Assembly: GCA_977020255.1 (NCBI GenBank)
Contig: CDROCS010006906.1
Span: 1 to 64,000, forward strand
Reading direction: 5' to 3'
From: Obrimoposthia wandeli
Taxonomy: Eukaryota
Length of the DNA: 64,000 nt
In this document: in pieces, positions 26,401-41,400 of the stretch
Numbering within the stretch: the first letter of the stretch is position 1
How the letters are laid out: the number at the start of each line of letters is the position of its first letter
Notes under the pieces: generated by a model
Told to the model about the DNA's origin: nothing
The model's database searches: none
What the model saw: only the letters and a program-made list of their open reading frames with translations
Program-made: the position numbers and the translations under genes

Positions 26401-29400
26401 ATTATGTTTACTTCAACAACAAGTTTGCTAATATTAATTCAAACTAGTTATGATATAAAATTGTTCAGTTGTATATTGATGTTATTACTTTGATGAGCGT
26501 TAATTTAATTAAATATGTTTAGTATTAAAATATTATGTATATTTGTTTCTTTTTCATATGAAACAGTTTGTGGAAGGGATGGAAAATATCAAAGCAAAAG
26601 TTAATTTGTAGAGCGAAATCTATGTAAACTATTTTTATATTATTGGCAAAAATAATAAAGACAAACACTATTTGTGCCTCCCTTTGGTAGAGTATCATGT
26701 GGAAAAAGATGTACTTGGCAGTTTTGAAGAGCCACATGAAAATACAGATGGAAGAGCGGTATCCTGAAGGAAACGGCTTATTTATGCATGACCAAACTAT
26801 CTGAATACATTAGTATTTTATCCCAGAAAATACTTAGCAAGTAGAAAATAGATGGAAACGTGAAAATATAACAACAAAACAGCAGCTCAATTCTGCAGTC
26901 ATTTATTATTGTAATCATGATGCTGATATACATGAAACCCTTAGAAAAATGATCGAATCAATGCCTAGTAGAAGTATATATATCTTTCAAGTGGGCCTCA
27001 GTTGATTGGATAAAAATCAACATTTTAAATGTGTATCTATTTATTTCGCTATTATTGTCTAAAATGAACAATGTAATTATAAATATCATCTATATGCCTT
27101 TCAAAAACACTCACTTCTGTTTATCTTGCTTGAACTTGGCGGTGCAGTCGTCAAAGAGCTTCAGATCGATATCCATCATAAACTTCATAGCATTCGACAC
27201 TAGACTGTGGATGTTTCTGAAGGAAGTAAGTTGATAAGACAAATCTAGATAGCAGACAAAAATTCAAAACAATTTCTTGAAAAATTAAAAATTACTTGAA
27301 GTTCTAAAATTAAAAAAAGTTTAAATAACGTGAAAAAAATATTGAAATTTTCCAATGTCTGATTCAATTTCGATCGTGCTCGAAGTGTTGTAGTGCGATT
27401 TTATGTACAAAGTAGTTGAATTTATAAAACCTTTTTCAATTAATGTTAAATATATAATTCATAATATCAATAAAGATAAATCACAAACTTGAAAAAGAAA
27501 AATGTCACGTCATTTTAAATAAGAACAGGAAAATAAAGATGTAGGAAAGGTTGAAAAGCATTTGAAGAACTAATTAATTGGATGATTGGGCTGATTATTA
27601 ATTATATAATTGGATGGTCTACGTTTTAATGAGAAGGAAAGAAATTAAACTTCAAATACTTTTTATAAAAATTATCAGTGCTATTATTTAATAAAGAATA
27701 AGCTAAATATTTTGTGCTCCCATTAATTTATGCTAAGAATTTAAAATAAAAGTTATTTAATAATTTGAATTTTCAGGTTTTTAAATCCTTAAGTCAATAA
27801 AAGAATGTGCTCAGAGTTGTTTGAATTTGCAGTTGCATGTCGATAAAAAAGAGAGTGAAAGATCAAGTATTCCTCTATATATTTGGACTGTTTTTATCAG
27901 TGGTCTAACTCAAACCAACAAAAAAGTTCAAATACCACCGAGAGTGGCGTGGTTGAACATATTCAGAGAAACAATGAAAATAAACGGACAAAAGAACAAA
28001 TTAAGCATGCCGAGACAACTCTCGATCAATACAGGATACGAACTTTTGCTACATTAATTATTACTATTCCTCACAAGCTCAATCACATGCCCGCATTTAT
28101 TAGAACAATACAGCTGCAAACTCCTGGTAAAAAGGAAGCCCAATCGTCAAAAAAGCGACTGTGGTGTTATTGATACAAAAGACATTTAGTGAAGATTTTC
28201 AGCCCTGACACGAATTCGAGTAGCATTAAATTTACTATCCCCATATATTTCCGGTTTCAAATTCGACAGATTTCCACGAGTGTTACTCGGCAAGGAAATC
28301 AGGTGGGATTCCGAGAACGAACAATAGGATAATTGAAGTCAAAATGCACTTGTCATTTACTGTTATTAAGTTGTTGATTTGATATGTTGAATTTGACTGA
28401 ACTCCAACAGGCGTTTATTTAAAGAAAGTTGTAAATTTGCGGGAAAAAATAACGTTGCTATTCCGTGTTAATATTATTTATATGATCAGCCAAAAATCAT
28501 CAAAGAATTAAGAAACTTAATTTAAGACAATTTTAATTATTTTATGATATTTATAATAGAAATGTTTTTTCGAAATGGTCAAAGATATTTATTGATTATT
28601 TATCAAAAGAGTAAAGCAAATCTTATTTTTTATTCTAGATAACGCTCCAGTTCATTTACCAGGAGTTGAATGTTCCAAATTCTAGAATCCAATCTTTTAT
28701 TCCGGGACAATTCGATCTTTTAAACAGCGGCAGTAAAATAGTCTCAATCAAACATTTTTTATGCATCTTAAGAATAATATATTCAGTATGCAGACTTGAC
28801 CAAGATATGACACTCCGCTTCAGCTCCTAAAGTAATAGAAGCATGGCATAAAGAAACCAATGATCATCGGTAAAGCTGTTTTGAAAGATAAATGAAAAAC
28901 TCTCAAAACGACTAAACAGACTTACAAGAAAAACTTCAAGAATTCGAGCAAGAATAAAATGATTTTCCTCCGTATGATCATTCTGAAACCGACGTTGTGG
29001 ATTTTATTCAAACTACTGTGTTGTGCAAACATAGAGGTTAAAGTGAAGATACCAAAGAAAAATTCAGATGAATCCAGAGTGGAAAGTTTTTTTAATGATT
29101 TACACAGAAAATATAAGTTTAACTTCTAGCGTCAGATATGAACTGTTAAAAGAAAAGACAATTACTAAATTTAACTATGCTGGACTTTGCAATAAAGAAT
29201 AAAAATTAACTTGTAAAAAAGAATATTATTGTTACTATTATATTGTGTGTTTTCCTTATATAGAGTACATATTACATTGATCACTACATTTTTATTATTG
29301 TCTTACATTTTATTTAAATACCAAGAAATTTAACTATAAATAAGTATTATTTTTCATTATTATTTATTAAAAAAACTAAACAATTTATTTTAAAAAAAAT

Positions 29401-32400
29401 GAAGTTATTTTTTGCGACTTGAACTAAAAAGAGCTGTGATAAACTACTAATTCCTAGATTTTATTCGGCAAATTAATAATGATATTTCTATTTATCATTT
29501 GAGTGATAAATCTAAGATCTGTAGGGAGATGAGAGATGAACTATAGTGGCTACTCCTTCAACGGTCAGCCCGAGATTTTAACAAAACTGAAAGATTAGTT
29601 TTTCAGCTAGTATAACATACTTGCTTATCAAGTTACAATGAAAATAGTTAAAAGCTAGAATTAAATAAAAATACGTTTTAATTAAAAATAACAATTAAGA
29701 AATTCATAAATTTTGTGAAAAACCCTAATTAAATATTTAAGTTAAGATTAAAATCCATATGTGAGAGCTGGGAACAATCTCCTCTAACAAAAAAGGAATG
29801 AAGCGGAAAGATTATCTCATTAAAACGAGAATCCCAATAACAGAGAATTTTGTTAGAAAGTGTCAAAATTTGAAAGATTAGTCTGGCCAAAGGAAAACTT
29901 AATTATAAATGTACCCAAGTCAAATCTGACTATCTAATGTAGTTCCCAGTGTCTATCGAGATTTTGATGATTTTTATAGTTTCATTGAAAATTATTGTTC
30001 AAGAAATTATAAGGTATAATTTAATAGGAATACATTTTCATTAAATACAACAATTTGAACACAATAAATATGCGATGAATTTTGGTAGATAATTAAAATA
30101 ATTTGTTGTCATATATAATATAAACAGTGTCAAAGTTAAACAGTTTCAATAGACTCGAGACTACCTACACAAACCCGAAGATAACTTCAAGGACTGCTTC
30201 CTTGAATTGCAGCGATCAAGCTTTGAAATAAGATATATAAATTGTCGGGGAATGAAAATCTCATACGTGTTTTATCAGTTTCCTCATCTCGTTTTAAAAA
30301 ATTCAAACATAAAAGTAAGTTTATTTTAGTTTATCCTGAACAGTCAATTAAATATATATGTTGTATTGAAATAAATGGATCCACAAATGCTTTGATTTTT
30401 CCTAATGGATGAATCCATTTTAAAGGTTGAGAACTGCTGCTTTTCTGATTGCAACACTATTTACATTTTATAAATTTAGTACGAATCATATTAAGTTAAA
30501 ATTTAGGTGTTTAAATACTCAAAATTAGAACTAAAAAAGTTTGGTTAAATTTTGTTTCAAACAAAGATAAAACAACATTTATTTTCAACAGCAGGGTGAA
30601 GTTTACTAGATTCTACTAAGAACAACCATTTATAGTCAAACACTAGCAGTACGTACAACATCTTACGCGTTCAAAGGTCAATATTACCATAAAATTTCCT
30701 GTTAAATACACATATTGACCATTGTATTATGCGTACTTGGATAAGGTACAATGAGTACATCAATTCAATACAATATCAAATGATCTAATGTTCATTAAAA
30801 TAGAGAATTCGTTAAGTCTCATTAATATTTTTAATTGATTTAATATCTTATCTCTTTCTCGATCAATATTTTAAAGTACATGAGCTTTAGTTTCATATTG
30901 TAATTTTCATTATCTTATTAGCCTAACGAACTATTAACATTCTGTTTAAAAATCAATGCAAAAGTTCAAAGTATTGTTTTGTACATTAAAAAACCTGAAA
31001 CAGAAACATTATAATAACGGAATATTTGGAACAGTTCCGAATTTATGTTCAAAATCTTGACCCTGTTCCTTCATCATCAGTTCAATTCTGTGTGGGAATT
31101 GAGTTACAGCATTGCTACATTCATCCGAAGAATTTGTCCCTCACACAATTCAATCACTCTTTGCTTCAGCTGAGGGATAGTTGTTGGTGAATCATGATGG
31201 AATATTCGACCTCTAAGTGAGCACCAAAACAAATAGTCTAGGAGTTCTAGCTGGCCAGTTGATTTACACTCTCGAAATGATTTGATCAACACCGAATGTT
31301 TCTTTCAGATAAGCACGAATGTTGTGGGAACCCATCTCATTTCTCATTCTCAACAAGATTGGTCTTACGTGAGCAGCATATGTGAATAATTTTCTCCATC
31401 AATGGTGGTGTCTGAAAACGTGAGAGTGAACAGGGATCTTTAATTAGACTGTTATCGCGCTTCTATTGCCCGATGGTGGCTGTTAGTGAATTGTTACCGG
31501 AGTAGTAACATATTAGCATTTTATTCCTCATATCCAAATCCATACTTTTGGCAAACAAATTTAATTGTGCCACTCAGAAGAAATTTTAGAAAATTATACA
31601 ACATGGCTAGAGAACCAGAAGAACAAATTTTTATTAAAAATTACATTACTTTTGAGACAATCTCAACTTTGAATTTAATTAATATTATATGATAGAGTAA
31701 TAATATATGTCAAAGTTAGTGAGAACTTAATTTATAGAAAAATCCTATTAATACTATTTGATTTACTATTCTTATATTTAAAATTAAGGTACAATTTTTA
31801 ACTTACCGCAATATCAATTTTATAAAAGCAATAATATAAATTATATTTTGCAAAATATAAAACGATAAATAATGGTTTGGTAAAACATTGTGATATTCAT
31901 AAAATGTAGGGTTCAAAATTCGTTATGTTTCCTTATTTATTCGAATGTGGATGGATTATGTAGATAAATATTATGAGGTGCAAATATTTTCCGGTGGTGT
32001 AATCGTGATTTAATTTCAAAATGTAGCAAACCACACAGTACAGTAGAAATCCACATCCGAAAACATAAATGTCAATTTCTTCATTACAAACTACATACGG
32101 TTTTCATTGAAAAACAAAATTTTAAAATAATTTAAAATAAAATTTAATTTATTTATCGAGTTCAACAATTTTACTCATCACTAAAATTATCCAACAACAT
32201 ACCCGGGGATTCACCAAAACATCATCAACACCATCCATAACACACGCCTTTTTAAATCCGTTGATAATACTCGCTAGATTTGAGTTAATAGAATTTACAA
32301 TCGACTCAAATTATTCCACAACATTCTTTTCATATAGTCTGTGTTGGTATATTAATGATACCGAATAATAATCTATTTCTACCATTCATGTTTGCTATTT

Positions 32401-35400
32401 TATTTAAAACTCCTGTTAAACGAAATATGCAAATAGTTAAAGTATTCCTCAAATAAAAACCGTCTCTCTATTAACACAAAGCTCGGTATATTCAACTATC
32501 TTTAGTTTCTTTTCGGCCGTATATGAATTTATTTAGTTCAAGGTTAATAAAAATTGATTTAATATAACAAATATAATAATTAATGTATACTAATTTTATT
32601 TTGTGTGTCCAGGCTGTATAAAATTAAAAGTAATTTCAAAATGTATGATGATTTGTGAGTGTGCAGGCTTAACCCGGAAATTTAGGATTATCCAAATTAT
32701 AAATGTATGATGTTGATAGATTTTCTCTGGTGCAGAACACTAGATATTATTAGAAATAAAAAGTAGATTAACGCAAGCTTCTTAACAATTATCAATGAAA
32801 ATAATTTTCGATGTATTTATATTTTTTGAATTTTGAACATATTCCAAATTAAAGCTGGGTCGTAAATGTTATCAAATACAGTTGACCCACTTGTTCCAGT
32901 GTTGCTTGGCTAGGCACAGGGCAGGAAGTGTGTAGGGTAGGATAATGTCAATGTTCTTGATGAAAAGCGCCTGGATATGGCTGTTTTGCCACAAATACAG
33001 AGCTCGTTCCGATACCTGTGAGTTATAGAAAGCGATCTCAAATGTATTCTTTTGTACCATTAAGAGCACCACACATTTAAAACAAAAATAGTCAATCATT
33101 GTTGAGGAAAGAGCTTACTTTTATACTTTCATATAGATTGCTATTTCCCTGAAATTATGTACATATATGCATTTTTATAATTTGCAAATAATCCTTTTTG
33201 CTCTAACGTTTTTGCAATATGAATTTACTTTGCAACGATTGTAACCTACCTCAATGGACAACCAACTTGTTTTGTTTAGATTCATAAATGGGTGCAAGAA
33301 ATCCCCTTATTATCTGGACAGCAATGGAAACGCAATGAAGTGGGCAAATAAAAGGTCATTACATCATTAAATCCAAATTGAAAAACCTATTTGAAATAAT
33401 TGATTAATAAAACCGTCGGAAACTAAAGGGATTTTCAGAATAAAATGCAAAATTGTCAGCTAATTTGTTGATTAATTTTTCTAAGCAGATTGATACAATC
33501 TAATTTAGGTAGTGAATAGAAGTATCCATATCAGAAATTGAGAATATAAATAAATTACTCCAATGTATGCGCTTTAAGACAAATCTTTCAAATAAATCAC
33601 GCAATCTTATCATCTCTAAATTTCCGTTTCATGAAAAGCAATTTCAAAATAATAAATATTCAATTCATATCTTCAGCTGCGCTATAAACTTGGGAGAACT
33701 CAATTGAAATTATTGAGTTTCTACAATCTGATATTACTTCATTTTTAGGAAATATGTATTGTACGTAACACAACTTTAAAATCACATAAAATATATTTAC
33801 CATGGATATTCCTTCTGAAAAGTTGAATGTTTTGTTTTATTACATAAATTTGTAAAGAGAAAATGGTTCAGAAATTTTTACAATGAATAATGATGCAGAA
33901 GAACTGTTACAATTTCAAAAAACAACTTATGATCAATAGTATTTTTAAAGAAATCAACTCAAAACTTAAGGAGGAAGAATTACAATTCTACTGGCTCTGA
34001 TATTTTATATGCGGGCTGTTCTAACTGAATCTCAATCTGAGTAGTATGAATAATATAAACCACTGTTTGTAATATGGGAAGGAATTATTATTAACTTTTT
34101 TAAAATCATTTTTCACATGAATTAAATTATCTCTCAAAAGTGACGGTCAATAATAAATAGCCAAAATAATTTAAAAATCAAGTCTTTCATGAAATTGATT
34201 TCTGATGGAATAAAAGATAATTTTCTCGTAAAAAAATATAAAAGCAGACTGGAAAATTTGAAATATAAACTGAAATACTAGACAAAAGACTGAAGATTTT
34301 TTTTTCTTAAATCACACAAGCGAACATGTGAATTTTGAAAAAATCTGTATATATCTAATGAAAAAAGAATTATTTAGAAAAATTAAAATAATGATATATA
34401 AAGACAGATAATATTTGATAATGTCATTTATAAGAAAAATCAAAGACAAAATTGAATAAAGTTATCAATTAACACTTGTTTAAAATGTTTTCACATGATT
34501 ATTAAGATATCTTTAAATACATTACCTTGATTAGAAGAATAACATGACCTTGCACAAAATAGTGACTTTATTTTCGTTCCTCGAGCTCTTATCTGAAAAT
34601 ACTTCTAAGGGAACACTCAATTCCCTTAGGGAGAGTTAGGCAGCCTGAACCTATTTTGAAGACCTTTCTATTGAAAAAAATGACTCAAAATTTGACTTAA
34701 TTGACTGTTAAATAACCTGTTGAGATTTGATATTATCGGGTTATGAAATGTTTCAACAAAAAAACTGGATTTTAATACTCAAACCCAGATGTTTTCCTGA
34801 TATGTTGAAGTCGATTTGATCAAGGACATAATATATGATCCAGATGCAAAGTTTGAAAAGAATCTGAAATTATTGTATTCTCCATTAGACATTGTTTTAA
34901 AATAAAGTATGCAAGCAGTTTAGGAAAAAACATTACAGTATACCAACAGTTTTGTCACTACACCCTTGAATAAGCACATTTAATAAACTGCATCAAAAAA
35001 TGAATTATTAACTCGATTTTTTGAGAGTTTATAAAGTAAATAATCACTCGGTAAATAAATCCACAGAGTTTAAATAAAGTATTCATTTTATAAAAAGATA
35101 ACTAACCTGAAAATGTTGAGAACCTATGCATCTGGCCAGCTGTATAGAGATTGGTTTAATGATTGGGCGTACTGTGTCAGAGAATCCAAGCTCCAGTACC
35201 TCCTCAAGCTCGTTGAGGAAGAGGATCTCCTTCAAACTGACAGTCTTCGGCCAGAACTTTAAGAGACCTTCTAAGACAACCTACACGAAAGTTATAGGTT
35301 CAGATACGTCTTTATGTGACTTTAGAAAATGAATTAAATTGCAAGATATAAAATCTGGGGATTTAGGTTGGAATTACTAAAGATGTATCACTTAGATTAA

Positions 35401-38400
35401 TTCTGTTAAAGTACTATATAATCCAGAAAAATATGTGAACAGCTTTCATATAGATTTGACACAAATGTGGCTCTTTTCTGTCTGCATAACAAAGGTTGGG
35501 AAGAGTACATTTATGTTTATATAGATCTACCACAGATTGATGTACATTCCCATACCTAAAGATGCCAAGCTGTGACATCTCAAGTACCAAAATATCCAAT
35601 ACTGACCACCTTTCTCGATAGAGTGGCCGACCTTATGTCTAACGAGAACACACAAGCAAGTGGCGGAAGAAAGTGTGAAAATGTCAACCACAGTCACATG
35701 ACCAACGTGACATTTACCAGCGACTCAAGGTCGAGAAAAAGTTGGGTCGTCATTTCAAGAACCGTCTGCTATCAGACGATTTTATCCCCATCTCCGTCCA
35801 TATGCTCGTTTCCCTAAAGTACTCTGTGTTCTATAGAAATTGGATGCAGCTATAAAGCGTTGTTGAAAAGAGAAGATGGACAATATTTACCAAGTAAACA
35901 ATAGAGACAAACACCATGGTAAGAGACAATAGACAATACAGTGAAATTAAATCTATATAGCATTGATAAAGATTGACAATAATAATAAAGGAACTCGGTG
36001 AAAGCAGAAATGAAGGGAAAACAACTAGAAGTTGGTATGTCTTACAAAATGATAGAAGAGTACTTAACAAATTTGAAAATACAAGATTTAATGACAATTT
36101 TCCAATCTAAATTAAATATCAGCAACAGTTTAAGAAGACGCCGATCAAATATTGCTAAATGTTTTATTTTCATAAATAAAAGCTAATTTAATTTTATATA
36201 ATTAATTAATTTTAATAAAATTAGACTGAAATATGTAAAAGAAATTTGTTTAATTTCAAAATATATTTTACGAACTAAATTAAAAAAATTTCAGAATTTC
36301 CTGTTGAAAAATAGACAACTTTAGAGAAAAAATTTTAGAAAAAAAATTGAAATTTTTTAAAATTATTTTCATTAATTTTTTTCCTCTAAGTAATATACAA
36401 ATAAACATTACAAATCAGGAAATTCAAGAAGTTTGATAACTTCAGTTAGAAATGGTTTGTGCTCTTAGGTAGGTAATACTGCAAGGAAGTTAGCCCTTTC
36501 GGTACCTGGATCAGAAGAAACCAAAGGTTCATTAGTCAAATTAGTGGTAGTTTTAATTAAAGGGTTTTTAAACCATTTTATATTACTTCCCGAATCAAAA
36601 TATTGATTATGTTAAACTTAGTTATTGGTATTTTTTAGATAGGTGTTTAAAAATATACCTTATTAAAATTAATGTAAATTTCTTTTTTAGACTTAATCAA
36701 GATTCTATAATTTTACAGCATATCTTAATTAAAAAATTGTTCATATTAGAGCCTAATTATTTTGAATACTAGAAACAATGTAAAACATATGTTCAATAAA
36801 GGTTTGACGATAACTATTAATTTTTTTTAAATTTTAGCCATCTTCAGACTCACTGCTCAGTGGGTACATTAATTATTAGTCTCCAATCAGTCTTTGATAC
36901 ATTAAAACACAAAAATAATAATATAGTCCTTGGATCAAAGCTTGTTCACGAAGTTTGTAGGATGCTTGAAGCTCTTGATTACTCATAATTAAAGATACAT
37001 GTGAGGCATGCTACCATAATATAGGCTAAAAGATTTTAAAGAACTTTTAGGAACAAAAGACTTTACGACATAAATTTCTCGAACAATAACATAGAAGGAT
37101 CACATTAAATTTTAAAAGAGTTTGCTTCCAATGTCGCTTAGTGTTTGCTTAGAGCACAATAATTGTACGATTAAAATTATCAAATTGCAAGCTGTGCGGG
37201 AAAAATGTAGGAAATCTTGTAAAAACTGGAATGCAGATTCTTTTACACCGGCTAATCAATCATATTCACTACGACATTCACTATGCATCAATCTTGCCAT
37301 ATCTATCCCCAAAGATTATTGATGAGATTTAAATCAGGAAAATTCGCAAAAAATATCATTACATGATTAAAATTATTTTTGTACGATCAGAACTCACAGA
37401 AGTGTTATTATATCTTACTTTTCTGTGCAGACTAAATGAGCAATGAACGTCTTTTCAAAAAGGTTTTCGTTTTGGTGAAACTATTACAACAGTTTTATAA
37501 TCTTTTAAAATATTGTCACACATGATTCTGATATTGTTTCAAACGAAATAAATCTTCCGTCAACAGTTTAAATTCCACACTCTATTTATTAATGCTTCCT
37601 TTTGTCACTTTTAAAACGTCCTGAAAATTGAGTTTTTCGTTCAGCATTTGGGATTATAATAATTATGAAAGACATTTCAAATCAGTCGATTTCGTTTATT
37701 TAGGTATTACTAATTCGAGCAAAAGTTTTATTTCAATAATAATGGAAAAAGGGAAACGCTTTTGAGTTATTTAAATACATAAATCATAACAATTCATAAC
37801 TTCTTTATTCTTATCAATACACCTGACTTATCTCAACGATGATGTCAGGTAATGTACGGATTTGGAATTATTTGTACTTTGTTTTTGTTAATGATTAATA
37901 GTGATTCATATGATGAAAAGTTATGAAACAAAAACATAAATGTTTCTCGAAGGGGTTGTGAGCCCATTATATTCAAGGACGGAAATGAAAAAAAACTTAA
38001 GAATATTATTATTATAATTTAAAAAAACATCAAAATTCTTTATATGTTTATAGTGATTCTGGAGGTTAATATACTTTCCTTTTCCTATTTCTTCTAGTAT
38101 AATTATGCATGGTTTAAATTCTTTCAGCAGTTGTCTCTGGAAGTCAAGAACTATGTATATGCGGATGTGGTCTAAACTAAATAAACTTCATTCAGGAGTA
38201 TTTTAATCATTTTAATCATTATTATCAAAATTATCATTATATTCATAAAATTTGAGTTTGAATGAAATATAAGATAGCTTGATTATCTATTTTAAAAAAA
38301 TATGTTTATCCTAAAAAGACTAAGAAAGTTAAAAAATTAAAGTCTAACACGAAACTTTAACTTTTTGAAAAATAATATCACCGTTCATTTTATGTATCAT

Positions 38401-41400
38401 CGTTAGAGTGAGTAATTTTTATATAATAAAAAATACAGGTTACATCACATACAATACCTTCTTTGTGTGTGACTGTATGGGTTTATCTTAATATCACTGA
38501 TGATTTGAGGTATCATCGTTGATTTGAAAATTTGCATGCCTTAACCTATATTAAGTTTATTCAGTTTTATAATTTTATTTTTAATTTTATATAGCTGATG
38601 CACAACTTTGACAAGTATAATTGTTGAGTAGAGTCGAACTATATACACAATCACACATGCTTTAAACATCCAAGCACTTTAAAGTGCATAAACTTTCCGC
38701 CTGATTGGTCAAATTGAAATCATATTTGAAACTTAACTAATTAAACAACAATTAGTTATCGAAGGTAATAAATATTAGATTTATTAGATAATAGCACTCT
38801 ATTAAATAGATTATTTCAACAACATCGTCGTTGTAGGTAACAAGCCACTAACAGTCAAATCCCAATACAACGAAACCCTCGGTATAAGGATCACCGCTTT
38901 GGGAGTAAAGTTAGTTTACTGAAGTGTTGTAAAACTTAGATAATGCGAGTGACAAATGAGAAAAAAGGTTTTAGTTATCTAAAAGTTATCTGCAATTACA
39001 CTAGCCTGGTAAATAAGTCTGGCAAAAAACGTGGCATCCTTCAAAGTAAATGTGTGATTACGCAACAGCTCAAATATTAAACTGGGCCAGGAATCTAAAA
39101 TAAGCAGACAATAATTTCTGCAACTCAGCCTTTCACTTATCATTCTATTGAATTTCAAATGAAATCTCGATATGAAATATCACGAAACGATTGGCTCAGT
39201 CCATTGAATTTCGTTATATTATTTGAATTATTTGAACACTGTACTTAAATATTAGGTGATTATTTTATCTGATTCTGAATCATTATGTTTCAGGAAAACA
39301 AACTTGAATATCAGTCTGGCTTTAATTGTATGCTCTGTATTTTTGAATTCTTTATATTTCGTTTTATCGAAGTGGAAATCACAAATCTTCTTCAAATTTA
39401 CTAAATATTCCCAAAAATAATTGGCTGGAATATTGTAAAAATATCAGTTCTCCTATAAACAAATAAAAAGAACGATTAAATTTTGATATTATTATATTAA
39501 TTAAATATTGTATTTTTCAAAGTTATATAAATTTTTACATTAAAATTTTGAAATGAAATAAAATCTACTTAATGTAGTCATTTTCGTGTAAAGTAAGTCG
39601 ATAAAAAGAACCCTCAAAAATTATTGAAGATGAAACAATTGTCTAGAAATACTTATTTTTAATCAATAGTAATTAATAATTTCAATTTTAAAAACGTGGT
39701 TACTTTTATTACAGTGTTAACTTAAACAAACAAATCATGATAGAAAAATACTAATAACTTTTAAATATAATGAATACGGAGAGCAAAAATGTTGCTGACG
39801 AAGTTGTTTAAAATCCAATGTTAGACTTTTAATATAATGTGTTAATATATAATTATCGTTTTTAATAATATAAATGAGAAAATAATGTTTTATCTATATA
39901 TATTTGTTTTCTATTATAAAAGTAAATACATCGATATTTTAGATGTTTACCACAATAGCGATTTTTTAGTTACGACCTTCTTTTGTGGATTTTAGTAGAT
40001 AGTACTATAAGTTATAATGTATGCTTATTGGTTTATTGATGCTGACAGGCAATCGAGAATCTATTCCCTAGTATACCTAATATGCAAATTCATAAACTCA
40101 TCAAATAAAATCACAACAAAAAATGCTATAATCTTTATGTTTCTATCTTCAAGAACTCCTCTTGTTGAAATTAATTATTTAATATAGTCTTAATTGTTCA
40201 AGAAGACTAAACACAAATTTAGTTCCAATACCAGCAATATTTTTCCGAAAAATTGAAGTAATGAGATGGTGATAGTTTTAATTTAGTTGAATATCAATTC
40301 ACAATTCAGTTATGGTTCTTGTTGAAATTTGGAATTAAGAAAATATATCGATTAATTCAATCGTAAATTGTCATACAAGTTTAAAAATATTTTCAAAACT
40401 TTTACATTTGTGAAAAAGAATATTGTTGCAAGATTTGAGCACTTTGTCAAGCACCTATTTGCTTTTCAGAGTTCTAAATATCGAGGCTGTGAGATTTGAA
40501 TTTTAGCAACAAAAAGAGAGCATATCATATATAAAAAAATCTCAAATAACAAATAGAGTGATGGAATATTTGAAATTTAGGCTCCGAATCTTTACAGCAA
40601 TATTTAAAGATTCGAGAAGCAGCCGAAGACATTAGTATTCAGAAAATATTACGAAGAAAAATGTAAAACGGGAAGCACTTCTAAGTAATAAATCATAGAA
40701 TTATTAGATATTAGCGCTATATTAAAGTTTTTATTGTTAATTAACTAAAATCAAACAAACATATTTGATTTGATAAAATAATATGTCATACAAAGTAAAA
40801 TGGATTTAATAAAACTAAAATTTAAGACAAAAAATTTGAAAAATTTCAAATAAATCGAGAAGAAAGAAATGTATTCAGCCTTTGCACCGAAGGTTTACAA
40901 CATGCTGCTTCAGAAATTAAAGAGTCATAGATAAATAAGAATATTGCAGCTGTTTGATATGTGCGCTTTAAATACATATCCACCTATGTATTAAATAGAA
41001 CAACGAATTTCTGATATGTTAAATATTTTATCTTAGAGGTTTACAATGACGAAACATTTTTGTAGTATGGGATGAAAACAATTGATAAAGATCCGTATGA
41101 CCCCGAAATTAAAGAAGCTATAATGTTACAAATATAATTTTCCATGTTTAACTTAGCTGTATTTACGCTGATTCTCACAGATTCGTAGTAAATGTGAAAT
41201 CCAATATCCATTCCAATGGAATGCTGAGGAATCAACCTAGCAGCAGCATATTTAATTAGTGGAATAATGCAAATATATCGTGAAGAAGAGAATCGATAAC
41301 TGCTCATATTGATCAACCACTAATGTGATAGACAGAAAACTCGTGTTTGCAGCAGGTTACAACAACAAAGATGTGGTACAAATGATATTTTACACCATTG

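Noticed and set aside
36420-36570. Minus-frame [20 protein letters not shown] resembling the ALDH4A1 N-terminus
   Set aside because: The match is short and weak, there is an in-frame stop, and no further collinear fragments were found.
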